Origin: a virus
Length of the DNA: 64,000 bases
Strand: one strand, 5' to 3'
IMG/VR virus record: IMGVR_UViG_3300034107_000725
Span: 96,001-160,000 of that record
Positions 47,380 through 57,050 of the stretch are shown here, in pieces; position 1 is the stretch's first letter, and every line of letters starts with the position of its first letter. The translations under genes were made by a program, and so were the position numbers. The notes beneath the pieces are model-generated. The model saw nothing but the letters and a program-made list of their open reading frames with translations. It was not told where the DNA came from and did not search any database.

Positions 47380-47781
47380 ATGCCGATGACACAGCTCACT
47401 TTGGATCTGGGTACTTTCGTGACTGCGATCAAGTACCTACTCGCTGCCTGTCTAGTAGCAGTCTGCGTGTTCACGTTTGTCATTCCCTGGATACGTGACT
47501 TGCTAACCAAGGAAGCCGAAGTTGTTGCAAACCCACGAGCGTCAGGGTTGCCTCGCTTTCGGCGTCGTGACGAAAATCACTGTAGCGACACCCCACCTCC
47601 ATCCGGATTCGCTGACCACTTGAAGGTCATTGAAGCCACGGCTCCCAACGCAGATCCAAAAATCTGGTGGGAATACGCCAAGGCTGAAATGACCGAGGCC
47701 GAAGTTGCAATCGCTGAAGCCAAGTTGGCTCGGGTTTGCAGCGATGTGACCGCAACTGTGGTGCCAGGGGGGACGATATGA
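47380..47781 (+). CDS. Single-TM membrane protein
   Basis: AAGGAG RBS before ATG 47380; TM segment AIKYLLAACLVAVCVFTFVIPWI. Confidence 0.65.
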   Translation: MPMTQLTLDLGTFVTAIKYLLAACLVAVCVFTFVIPWIRDLLTKEAEVVANPRASGLPRFRRRDENHCSDTPPPSGFADHLKVIEATAPNADPKIWWEYAKAEMTEAEVAIAEAKLARVCSDVTATVVPGGTI

Positions 47782-48143
47782 AACCCAAATACACGGGGTT
47801 GTTCTGTGGTGTTGCGGGGGTCCTGCTTCTGCTTTGGCCTTCGCAACAGAGTTCACGGCCTACCCCGCCGCCCCCTCCACCGGTAGTTTTGGATTTGCCG
47901 GGTAAGGCTTTTGCCACATATGAAAAGCTGTGGCGAAAGCATACCCAAGATGCCGCTGATAAAATTGTCAGCGGTACGTTAAAAGACGAAAAATCTGTGT
48001 GGGACTTCTTGGCCGCTGGCCAAGAACCTGCACGTAAGGTTGCGTTTGACGAGCTGGCCAAATCTGAGCAGGACTATTTCATCAAGCAAGGTGGCTGGTC
48101 CGCTGCTGCTCATGAGAAGCTATTAAGGAGCTATGCGAAATGA
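47778..48143 (+). CDS. Signal-anchored protein with poly-Pro linker
   Basis: MKPKYTGLFCGVAGVLLLLWP..PTPPPPPPVV; ATGA overlaps on both sides. Confidence 0.65.
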   Translation: MKPKYTGLFCGVAGVLLLLWPSQQSSRPTPPPPPPVVLDLPGKAFATYEKLWRKHTQDAADKIVSGTLKDEKSVWDFLAAGQEPARKVAFDELAKSEQDYFIKQGGWSAAAHEKLLRSYAK

Positions 48144-48961
48144 GCGAATCGCAAACACCTTACGACTACAACTGGGAACTAGAAGATCATGGTTACCTTC
48201 AGGCCTTGCCTGAGGCTCCCATGACTACTGATGCCTGGCAAGTCTTTTCGCGTCCGTCAGAGGTTGATGCCAGTTGGCACAACAACGAAAACCAAGGTCA
48301 AATTGGAAGCTGTCAAGGTAACGGGCTGAGCTCGGTCCTGGAACGTCTTGCCTTTGTACAGGGCAAGACTGTTCAACTATCTCGGATCTTCGCTTACTTG
48401 GCAACTCAGAAAATTGACGGGCTGTTGGGAGCGGACAACGGATCTACTATCGCAGGTGGTTGCAAACTTGCAGTAGAGTCTGGTTGTCCGCTTGAGGCTG
48501 CCACAGGGTATCCTTCACGGTATCCGAATGCGACAGAGCGAATTCAAATTCTCAGCCAGGCCAATTACAGTGCCGGGGCTCCTTACAAAGCTAAATCTGC
48601 CTGGCAAGTACCTAAAGATCATAATCAACTTCTAGATTTTATCGGAGGCGGTGGCGGCATCACTTTCGGGGTCCGCTGGTACAATGGGCTTATCCCACAG
48701 GACCGGATTGTTCGCTCTTTCCGGCCTGCCCGTTGCAGTGGCGGGCATGCCATGTGCGTGCTTGGCTACGACACAGATGGAAACTTACGAGCTTACAATT
48801 CCTGGGGTGACGGTTTGTACACAATCACCCCGGAAGCCTGGGTTCAAATGCTGTCAGATAGTTCTACCGCGGCGATCGGGTTAATGGGCAACGTAAACGC
48901 CGAGCCGATTGACTGGTATCGTAACTCTCCCTACTTCAAGCTAAGGATGAAACCAGAGTGA
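48140..48961 (+). CDS. Papain-like (C1 family) cysteine peptidase
   Basis: NQGQIGSCQG (oxyanion Gln and catalytic Cys), GGHAMCVLGYD (His), YNSWG (Asn). Confidence 0.9.
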   Translation: MSESQTPYDYNWELEDHGYLQALPEAPMTTDAWQVFSRPSEVDASWHNNENQGQIGSCQGNGLSSVLERLAFVQGKTVQLSRIFAYLATQKIDGLLGADNGSTIAGGCKLAVESGCPLEAATGYPSRYPNATERIQILSQANYSAGAPYKAKSAWQVPKDHNQLLDFIGGGGGITFGVRWYNGLIPQDRIVRSFRPARCSGGHAMCVLGYDTDGNLRAYNSWGDGLYTITPEAWVQMLSDSSTAAIGLMGNVNAEPIDWYRNSPYFKLRMKPE

Positions 48962-49674
48962 ATCGTACTACGTTTAGTGTAAAACACCTGCAGTTCGTAG
49001 CTGCGGGTGTTGCCTGTGTAGGTTTACTGGGATTGGGCTTCATGCTATCCCTTGTCTCTGCCGAGGCAGTTGCAGCTCCTCCACAGATAGTCATGGCGAC
49101 CGCGGATGATACTCTTGTCAGTAAGTTTGATGAGGAAGTCAAATCTGCGTTGGTAGACAACCATCAGAAGCAGATGGCTGCGTTGTCTGACCAAAAAACC
49201 ATGCTGCAGAAACTAGATCAATCCGTTCAGCAGTTGTTGGTAAAATCAAAAGAACAGCCAACGCCGCCTCCGGCTCCTCAAGCAGAGACCAAACCCAAAG
49301 TTCAGCCGACTCCAAAGCCTGAACCTGCAAAGGCAATAGCTCCAGCACCTGTAGCTACCACAACTTTGCCAAACCCTGTTCGTCGTTCCAGCATCATTTG
49401 GAATTTGAACAATCGTTGGGACTATTCCACGGAAGAGCTGACGGCCCACTTACTGGCCGAACACAATTTTGAGGCAGCTTCCTACGATCGAGAACAACTT
49501 CAAACGGTACACGACAACCTGCATAACGGGTACACCGCTCTAGGTGACACGGTCGTGCAAGCTCCTGTAGCTCAATCACCTGCGGTACACTATCACTATA
49601 CAGCACCTCAGCGACGTGGCTGGGGACTGCGAAGTGTTGCTTCTTGCCCTGGAGGGACTTGTCCAACGCCATGA
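48958..49674 (+). CDS. Membrane-anchored/exported protein with coiled coil, Pro-rich linker, His-rich domain and CPGGTCP tail
   Basis: Hydrophobic FVAAGVACVGLLGLGFMLSLV; QMAALSDQKTMLQKLDQSVQQLL coil; HLLAEH..HDNLHN; ends CPGGTCPTP. Confidence 0.65.
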   Translation: MNRTTFSVKHLQFVAAGVACVGLLGLGFMLSLVSAEAVAAPPQIVMATADDTLVSKFDEEVKSALVDNHQKQMAALSDQKTMLQKLDQSVQQLLVKSKEQPTPPPAPQAETKPKVQPTPKPEPAKAIAPAPVATTTLPNPVRRSSIIWNLNNRWDYSTEELTAHLLAEHNFEAASYDREQLQTVHDNLHNGYTALGDTVVQAPVAQSPAVHYHYTAPQRRGWGLRSVASCPGGTCPTP

Positions 49675-49985
49675 GTAACGAACCTAAGCCAGAAGCCATA
49701 AGCTACGACTATCCTGTTGTGATTCCAGCTTCAGTCTATGGACTGCTGGAAAGCCTGCTTAACACAGGTAAGATCTCGCAATCCGGTGTAGAGTTGGATT
49801 TTTCACCGGTGCAGGAGATTAAGATCTCCAACGGCACAGCTCGACTGAACCCGCCTGCCCGCGTATCTCTAGGGTATGGTGGTGTGGCAATTCGCACAAC
49901 TGTGTCTGCCTTAGTCGCTCAAGCAGGTGGGGTGAAGATAGAGATCGACAACTCGCCCATTAATGTTGAGGTACGTCCTGGATGA
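49671..49985 (+). CDS. Hypothetical beta-rich protein
   Basis: ATG 49671 overlaps the previous stop (ATGA); 104 aa. Confidence 0.55.
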   Translation: MSNEPKPEAISYDYPVVIPASVYGLLESLLNTGKISQSGVELDFSPVQEIKISNGTARLNPPARVSLGYGGVAIRTTVSALVAQAGGVKIEIDNSPINVEVRPG

Positions 49986-50341
49986 ACTGGGACGCCTTAA
50001 CCTTAGAATGTTGCCGAGAGCATGGATGCTCTGACCAGCATATCGATATGGCAATGGCTGGTCCGTATTCTCGAACAATCGTTCAAGATATGCGGCGAAA
50101 ACAAATTGACGTACGCACTGCTTCAGATGCCGTACGCCGAGCCTATCTGGCTAATCCACAGGCTAGCCGAGAAGAGATGCGACGGCAGTCGTATAAATTC
50201 ATTCTTGGTGGCATCCTTCTTACGATACTACTGCAAGCTCTATTATCCGCCGTAGCCAAGATGGCTATCGAGTGGTTTTTAGATCACGTCTTCAACAAGC
50301 AGGAAACCCGCAATGGCGGTATATCGCTACCCCCAGAATAA
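49982..50341 (+). CDS. Membrane protein with a C-terminal hydrophobic helix
   Basis: FILGGILLTILLQALLSAVAKMAIEWFLDHVF; ATGA overlap. Confidence 0.6.
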   Translation: MNWDALTLECCREHGCSDQHIDMAMAGPYSRTIVQDMRRKQIDVRTASDAVRRAYLANPQASREEMRRQSYKFILGGILLTILLQALLSAVAKMAIEWFLDHVFNKQETRNGGISLPPE

Positions 50342-51887
50342 TTTCGACACACCGGAACTATTGCTGGACCTATTGGGCAGTTTCTGGGCTAACACCTACC
50401 AAGGCACTGCTTTGGTAGGTGATTTAACAAGTACTGCCGGGCAAATCGCCCAGCAGACTTATCTGCACCTGCTGGAATTGATAAACAGCGTATCTCGGTT
50501 TGATGTGCCCGTCTACCATCAGGACAATTGGTACGGATTAACCATACGTGAGTCTGAGTTAAACACGGACCCGTCTCTGCTGCCGCAACATACAACACCG
50601 TCCAGCTATCAGTTCCTTAGTGACGCAACTCTGAGTTATAGCACAGATCCTCAAACAGTAAGACAAAGCCTACAACTATTTGTTGTCACCAAACCGACTG
50701 GCCTTGAGAACGTCAAACTGATTTTTAACCGGCTGACGTCACCGACAGTTGAGCTCCAGAATGGTTTGGACTACTGGATCACAGACTCTGTGATTGTCTT
50801 CCGAGACAATCCATTCAATAATCCGCTGATTGCCCGTCGAGATCTGCTCAATAACTCCGGGCAGATTGTTGACCGCGAGCTCGTCCTTTGGTTGTACCGT
50901 GGTTTATGGGACTGGAATACAGTTTATGAGCAGTTTGGTTACGCCTTACAGCTTCAGTTGAAGTCGAGTGAAGGTTATAAGTCATTTTTAAACGCCATTT
51001 TTGATGCACTTGTAGAAGGTACCAGCCTCCGCACCCAGCAGTTTGCGTTGGCTGCCGTCTACGGTGTGCCGCTAATTATCGAAGCGACTGAAACGGTCGA
51101 GACGATTGCAAAAGATGCGGATAAGCTGAACATCATTACAGATAGTCACGCTTACCAGTTCCCAGTGACTGCGATACCTCTCGTACAGGTCGGGGACGTT
51201 GTACGTGCTGGTGACTCGATAACGAACCTGTTGCAAGTATTTGAGCTCAACCGAGGAGCTGAGATCTCTCCAGCAGACATACAGGCATTAACTATCGGTA
51301 CAGGTGTGCTGGCCTGGGGCTTCTGGGGCGATTTGACGTTTGAAAATAAACAAGTACCCGTCATAGTCGAATCAGATACGGCTGGTCGCACCAAAGTCTC
51401 ATGGGCACTTGGTGGATTTCCGTTTGACGTGGAAAACTTCTGGGACGAAGTACACGCAGCAGGAGTTCAGAAAGGGCAGACGCTTGCCAACTTACTGGAC
51501 ACACGGGAAAATCCTGTAGGGCAGCCCACCGCAGGTATGTTGCCAACCACCATAAATCCATTCCAGTTCCTGACAAATAACCTTTTACGGAATAACGCCT
51601 ACCTGGTTAAAGTGCGGCCAGGCAGTGAACTTACCGATCGACTGGACTTCATGCCGGTAGAGCAGTTGCGTAAGATTCAACCGCCGCATACTCTAATGTT
51701 GCTGATTGTTGAATTGGTTCACAGGGATAGTCCTGTTATCATGGAAAATCCAGGAACCGAGACCGATCCGGGCTACGTAGAAACCTTGAGCGGATTTCCT
51801 TGCATGGTCAACTCAGATGATATGGACCCTGCAGTGTACGTGGCCGAGCGGGTTAGAACCAGCGTCATTGGCGGTCGGTGCGTCTAA
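50313..51887 (+). CDS. Baseplate wedge protein (gp7/P2 gpI-like, probable)
   Basis: LLLDLLGSFWANTY start; helical NAIFDALVEGTS..Q.ALAAVYGVP segment; position among baseplate genes. Confidence 0.5.
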   Translation: MAVYRYPQNNFDTPELLLDLLGSFWANTYQGTALVGDLTSTAGQIAQQTYLHLLELINSVSRFDVPVYHQDNWYGLTIRESELNTDPSLLPQHTTPSSYQFLSDATLSYSTDPQTVRQSLQLFVVTKPTGLENVKLIFNRLTSPTVELQNGLDYWITDSVIVFRDNPFNNPLIARRDLLNNSGQIVDRELVLWLYRGLWDWNTVYEQFGYALQLQLKSSEGYKSFLNAIFDALVEGTSLRTQQFALAAVYGVPLIIEATETVETIAKDADKLNIITDSHAYQFPVTAIPLVQVGDVVRAGDSITNLLQVFELNRGAEISPADIQALTIGTGVLAWGFWGDLTFENKQVPVIVESDTAGRTKVSWALGGFPFDVENFWDEVHAAGVQKGQTLANLLDTRENPVGQPTAGMLPTTINPFQFLTNNLLRNNAYLVKVRPGSELTDRLDFMPVEQLRKIQPPHTLMLLIVELVHRDSPVIMENPGTETDPGYVETLSGFPCMVNSDDMDPAVYVAERVRTSVIGGRCV

Positions 51888-51902
51888 TAAGGACAGTACA
51901 AC

Positions 51903-52481
51903 ATGGATTTGATCGGACTCCAAAACATTCGCGGGCAGGTTCGGGCTTACCAGGTCGACGGTGAGCAGTGGACTCCTCGCACAGAGTTAAAATCCAACCT
52001 GGTGCTATATGACTGGGCAAACATCCTATCCAAGCTGCTGACAATTGGTGATGCCCGCTACCGGATTGGCGGCGTCTACTTGGAGTTCGAGAACACAACG
52101 AGCCCCGGTGATACGGTCAGCCCGCCGACTTTCGATCGCACTCGAAGTATCACATACTATGACGAACTCGTAGCCAACTCTAACCGAGATTACTTGCGGG
52201 TGCCGCTTACAGCGAGCTCGGTTCAATCTACTGGCTCAGGTTTAACGAACAACGAGTTGTTGTTTTTCGCTCGTAGCAGTGGACTAACTGGAGTACACGG
52301 TAAAGATTTTTCCTACGCAGCAAACTCTGTTGTGTTTGGAGCTTCGCTTGTCGCCTTCATCGACTCGACAGATGCTACACAGGATATACTCTTTAGCAGT
52401 TTTTACTTCAACCTTGCTGACCAACAACAAAAGCTCGCGTCTAGCCAAGTTGGGTTGGAATGGCAGCTGACACTCCAGTGA
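51903..52481 (+). CDS. Baseplate/fibre-attachment protein
   Basis: NLVLYDWANILSKLL..GD..YRIGGVYLEF, YLRVPL..S pattern typical of fibre-collar proteins. Confidence 0.45.
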   Translation: MDLIGLQNIRGQVRAYQVDGEQWTPRTELKSNLVLYDWANILSKLLTIGDARYRIGGVYLEFENTTSPGDTVSPPTFDRTRSITYYDELVANSNRDYLRVPLTASSVQSTGSGLTNNELLFFARSSGLTGVHGKDFSYAANSVVFGASLVAFIDSTDATQDILFSSFYFNLADQQQKLASSQVGLEWQLTLQ

Positions 52482-52531
52482 TATGCTGAAACCCGGTTTG
52501 CACCACTCAACTCGTAGGGAGATGCTCAAGG

Positions 52532-54370
52532 ATGAGTCTGGAACGCTTTATCAAGTTCATCAAGGAAGGTGAGCCGGTTTCACCGGGTACACCTAACCGT
52601 CCGTTACAGCAACTCGACCAGAACATCCGCTATTTGTGGGATGTCATCCAGGCAGCAGAACTCGGATCTACCGTGTATGCCCGGTCACAGCCTGTGGCTT
52701 CTACGCTGCAAGTAGGCCAGCCAGTTTACTTCAATGCAACCACCGGTCAGTTTGAAGCGGCATATGCCGCAACTGCCACGGATACGCTTACGGGCTATCT
52801 TGTGTTGCCGGATCAGGCACAAGTCTGGGGTATTGTAGCTACAAAGCTACATGCCACACTGGCAGATATCTTACTGTTCGGTTTCGCCCCAATTGATATC
52901 TCTGCCGCGGTTGGTACAGATTTAAACGGAGATGGCAGTGTGCCTGCAGGCACCTGGTATCTTTCAGGGGCCAGCGTAGGCAAGCTAACTCGACAAATGC
53001 CGCCAGTGTCTATTCCGGTTCTTAAAACAAACGCCAACGGCGGCGTATTTGTGAACCCATCGTTTGTAGACTTCCTGGAAAACCACCGTCACTACGTGTT
53101 TGAGCTGACGATGCTGCCTGCGGGCGATGTCACTCCGCCGGATCAGGGTGATCCACATGTTATTACCAACGTCGATCCGGATAAACCTGGCTGGCTACCA
53201 GCCGACCACGTCAGCTTCGGTGGTCTTGCTCCTGCCAATGCCGTGTTCGGTTATAACTTCTCACAAGACTTATCACTTAAAAACGTCTACCCTCCAATAC
53301 CGTTACAGTCTGCGTGCATTCAGATGCAGCGACCTAACATTTGGAATACAGAGCTGGAACGCCGCTGGTACGGACAGCAGCTCATGGAAGACATGGTGAT
53401 TATCGACCGTAACGGCATTTGGTGGATGTCAGATCTGTATGACACCGTCCCGTGGCCAACACTGCTCGATACGACGATACCGCCGCCAACGCCTGCCCCC
53501 TACACTCCAGGGCAAGAAGAATTCTTCCTGAAGTTCTACTTCACTAAAGTAGGGTTTGCTACGGACAACGCAGTCGTCAGTAGCTTACGATCTACCGACA
53601 ACCGCATTAATGTCTACTGTGCGGATACGACTACGCCTGCAACTACAGGTGCGTTGGATATCAGCCTCGATCTTTCGTTGATGCTTGGGGCCTCAAACCT
53701 GACAGGCTCTACAGTATTCAAAAACTTCAACGCGACAACCAGTACGTTCGACCGCGGTCCCGTGGCTGAAGGGCTGTATACCACCTCACCAAACGTACTG
53801 CTGTCTAGCAATATCACTACTCCATACGGTAGCGGTCTGCTGTACCACGGAGTTGTAGGTATAAACGTCTTGCCACAACCGACACAAGAACTGGCAAGCC
53901 AGCTTGTGCGGTTGGATGGGGTTACGGAAGAAAATTATCCAGTGCTCTATCTGGGAATGCCTAACACCTCATCTACGAGTTATGTGGTTAAATTTGAAAT
54001 ACCTGCTGCTTTGGGTACGCCCCTAAGCCAATTTGACTTCAAATTTAGGGCTCGCGTATTGGCACGGGCCGCAGGCACTCTACCAAACCTGACTGTTTCC
54101 TACTACAAAACTGCAAGGCCTGTAGGTTTGACAGGACCCGTAACTGTGTCGCCGCCGGGCTACACAGCATTACCGATCGATCTTAACTCTACTGAAGTGA
54201 CGACGAGCTTCACAAATCAGGCCTTTGAGACGATTAGCAGTGCGATTAACGTCGTAGCAGGAGATATCGTTTACGTCAGGGTACAGCGGTTTCCGGGAAC
54301 CTCAGACGATTCGTATGCCGGTGAACTTGGTATCATGCAGCAGTCAGGTGTCTTGACGGCACCGGAATAA
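52532..54370 (+). CDS. Baseplate/tail-tip structural protein
   Basis: 612 aa, beta-rich; IKEGEPVSPGTPNRPLQQLDQNIRYL is an N-terminal fibre-anchor-like helix. Confidence 0.5.
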   Translation: MSLERFIKFIKEGEPVSPGTPNRPLQQLDQNIRYLWDVIQAAELGSTVYARSQPVASTLQVGQPVYFNATTGQFEAAYAATATDTLTGYLVLPDQAQVWGIVATKLHATLADILLFGFAPIDISAAVGTDLNGDGSVPAGTWYLSGASVGKLTRQMPPVSIPVLKTNANGGVFVNPSFVDFLENHRHYVFELTMLPAGDVTPPDQGDPHVITNVDPDKPGWLPADHVSFGGLAPANAVFGYNFSQDLSLKNVYPPIPLQSACIQMQRPNIWNTELERRWYGQQLMEDMVIIDRNGIWWMSDLYDTVPWPTLLDTTIPPPTPAPYTPGQEEFFLKFYFTKVGFATDNAVVSSLRSTDNRINVYCADTTTPATTGALDISLDLSLMLGASNLTGSTVFKNFNATTSTFDRGPVAEGLYTTSPNVLLSSNITTPYGSGLLYHGVVGINVLPQPTQELASQLVRLDGVTEENYPVLYLGMPNTSSTSYVVKFEIPAALGTPLSQFDFKFRARVLARAAGTLPNLTVSYYKTARPVGLTGPVTVSPPGYTALPIDLNSTEVTTSFTNQAFETISSAINVVAGDIVYVRVQRFPGTSDDSYAGELGIMQQSGVLTAPE

Positions 54371-54383
54371 GAGAGGACCAAGG

Positions 54384-55337
54384 ATGGCACTGTCTCAATG
54401 GAACCTTGAGTTTCTAAATCATAACGCCCAGCGGAGCTATCCGCTGGTTGCGGAAGCGACTAAAACAGATACCACAGGATCATTCGTAATCCCTACTGAC
54501 TTCTTGGTGGGCATGGATATTCCTATCTCCACTACGATGAATATGGAGACTGGGCGATTCTTTATCCGTCAGCTTGGTGTGTTCGCTTCTGGCATTCAAA
54601 TCATCGTAGCCTACGACACCGGGACTGAAATTAACGACGTTGGTGCTGCGTTGATTCCTTCGACCAGTACCGCACGTAACCGCGTGTTTGTGTTAGGTGG
54701 GCTGGCCCCTTACGACGACGTTGTTGGAAAAGTTGTGATCGGTCGCACGGACACAATTCAACAACAACCCAGCGGATTGTTTAACTTCAATTTAAATGGC
54801 TCCGCAATTGAACCTCAAGTGGTTCGCCCGATGATTAAGGGCATCTCTTCTATTCGCATATCTAACGCGACTGGAACTGTAAGCGATCGGCTTTACGGTG
54901 ATATTGAACTGGTAGCTGGTGCAAATATCCAGCTATCAACTGTACAGACACCCTCAGCCACTCAGATCGTTATCAGTGCTCTGGACGGAGCTGGGACTGT
55001 ATCGCAGTGCGTTTGCGAAGGTGATGCCAGTATCCTGCCGTGTATCAAAACCATCAACGGTATCGCACCGGCAACAGATGGTAACTTCAACTTTATCGGC
55101 GATGACTGCCTAGCTTTTACCGAGATCTCTAATGGGCTCAGAGTGACGGATTCTTGCTGTGCCCCGTGCTGTGGTTGTGCCGAGCTGGAAGCCATCACGC
55201 GAGACCTGGAACGCTTTGCAGCCCAAAGGTCGTACCTGGAGCTGTTCGTCAATCGATTGGCAGCTGAAACCGCAACTTTCGATACTACAGTGCTCGGAGC
55301 TCGCCTTGGCGACCGTCGCTGTTTAACATGCCAGTGA
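54384..55337 (+). CDS. Cys-rich tail-tip paralogue 1
   Basis: EFLNHNAQRSYPL; GDIELVAGANI; CIKTINGIAP..DGNF; CCAPCCGC. Confidence 0.55.
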   Translation: MALSQWNLEFLNHNAQRSYPLVAEATKTDTTGSFVIPTDFLVGMDIPISTTMNMETGRFFIRQLGVFASGIQIIVAYDTGTEINDVGAALIPSTSTARNRVFVLGGLAPYDDVVGKVVIGRTDTIQQQPSGLFNFNLNGSAIEPQVVRPMIKGISSIRISNATGTVSDRLYGDIELVAGANIQLSTVQTPSATQIVISALDGAGTVSQCVCEGDASILPCIKTINGIAPATDGNFNFIGDDCLAFTEISNGLRVTDSCCAPCCGCAELEAITRDLERFAAQRSYLELFVNRLAAETATFDTTVLGARLGDRRCLTCQ

Positions 55338-55341
55338 CCCT

Positions 55342-57021
55342 ATGCCACCATTCCTAAGCGGTCCACAGCCTGAACAAAATCGACTAGCGGTTGGATTTAA
55401 CCAACCACCGGGTAGCGGTGATCTATACCCGTTTGTTGCTCCGTCTTCAGATATTACACAGCTGTTAGGTGATCTTTTTGTTTCGTTTGACGACGTGAAG
55501 GATGAAGTTGTTTATCCTTTGAGGGTTGCTTGGATGGCGGGTTTTGGCACTGTCGCTGTGTCCAGGCCAACCGACTGGCCTGTGCCAACGCATGATTACG
55601 ACCTTGTCATAGTGGATGCCAACGATCTGGTAGTTTTTGATTCTACTACCGCCTCATTCAAGGCAACCACCTGGTGTGACCGACTCTTGATCATGGAGTG
55701 GACCAACGGACACAATGTCTGTCGTTGTACAAAGTATTTGGTCTGGTCACCTGCGGATGTTGCCAACAGCCAGACACGAACATACGAGAGCTTCATCCTA
55801 CCAGTTAACGGAGAATTGCAGGGGGATGCTTGGTATAAGTTACCTAGACGCGTCACCTCACTCTTGGTAGCCGGGACTACGATAGAGCACACGAATGTTG
55901 AACTGGTAGAGGGCTATAACATGGGTATAGCCAAGGCGACGGCTGCGGTTGCTCCTACGTTTCAACTGCCCAGCCTGGTAAGCACCAGCCCGCTAAAGAT
56001 AGGGGCACGAGTTAACCACCGAATCGGGTTGAACGCAACACCCGGCTTGGGCTTGGGTGTATTTCCTGGCTGTGAGAACGCGAAAGCTGAACAGGCAATT
56101 CGTACGATAAACCACATCGCAGGTAATAGTTATCAAAACTTTAACTACGACAGTGAAGGGTGCATCCGAACACAACGTCCGGTTGGATTGACTCAACCTA
56201 GCCCACGCGAGTTTGAATATGCGGATTTTGTTTTGACCCAGGCTGAGTCTGCCGCAGCTCTTAAGCTCAGCAATGACTGTGTAAACTGCTGTGATTGCAC
56301 GCGTTTTGCCCAGACTTATCAAGGGTTGAAACGACAGTGGTTTTTATTCCAAGACCTGGCTCACGCCGCTGAAGACGTCCGGGATACCTACAGTAAAAAT
56401 CGAGATCGCTGGTTAGTGCAAAAGCAAATTCGCGAAGAGGATATGCTGCGAGTCCGGCTAGTATCCGAGGGTAACTGCAAATACGCGTGGGGAATTTCTT
56501 TTTGTAACTCCAGCAAATGCTGTCTATCTCAGGTCGAAGTCTATCTGACATGGGTACAGTATTACAACGGTGTTCCACAGGCACCTACGCTCGCACAATA
56601 TTCCTGTCCTCCTGCGTATCTGGAAGGCTCTGCTCAGTGTGATGGTAGTGCCGCGGTGATACCTTACAAGCTGGACGCCAAAGGGCAGTCATTAAAATTT
56701 GCCTGGGACTACAGCGATCCGCAAAGCGTGACGACAGTATACGGACGGCACTGCCTTCCCGACTGTAAACAAGTTGCCGCCGGGTCGTTAAAAGTTAAAC
56801 TACATGTATACATCCGCTGGGCGGGGGTAGCCCCTAATCCAGACACTGGACTTGAGTGTGAATTTCCACTTCTAGATCCTTTGGATATTCCGATAGAAGT
56901 TCGAAATGTCTGGACAACCAACGGTGTTGCAATTCCGGCAGATTTCTACGGGCAAAAGCTCACCTCGCTTTCGGTTGCCAGTGCAGCCAATCCATTCTGC
57001 CAGACTTGTGCGTGCGATTAA
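55342..57021 (+). CDS. Cys-rich tail-tip paralogue 2 with C-terminal extension
   Basis: DLYPF; NVELVEGYNM; IRTINHIAG...NF; CVNCCDC. Confidence 0.5.
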   Translation: MPPFLSGPQPEQNRLAVGFNQPPGSGDLYPFVAPSSDITQLLGDLFVSFDDVKDEVVYPLRVAWMAGFGTVAVSRPTDWPVPTHDYDLVIVDANDLVVFDSTTASFKATTWCDRLLIMEWTNGHNVCRCTKYLVWSPADVANSQTRTYESFILPVNGELQGDAWYKLPRRVTSLLVAGTTIEHTNVELVEGYNMGIAKATAAVAPTFQLPSLVSTSPLKIGARVNHRIGLNATPGLGLGVFPGCENAKAEQAIRTINHIAGNSYQNFNYDSEGCIRTQRPVGLTQPSPREFEYADFVLTQAESAAALKLSNDCVNCCDCTRFAQTYQGLKRQWFLFQDLAHAAEDVRDTYSKNRDRWLVQKQIREEDMLRVRLVSEGNCKYAWGISFCNSSKCCLSQVEVYLTWVQYYNGVPQAPTLAQYSCPPAYLEGSAQCDGSAAVIPYKLDAKGQSLKFAWDYSDPQSVTTVYGRHCLPDCKQVAAGSLKVKLHVYIRWAGVAPNPDTGLECEFPLLDPLDIPIEVRNVWTTNGVAIPADFYGQKLTSLSVASAANPFCQTCACD

Positions 57022-57050
57022 GGGTTGCTCCCTAGACAGGCTCCTGATTC

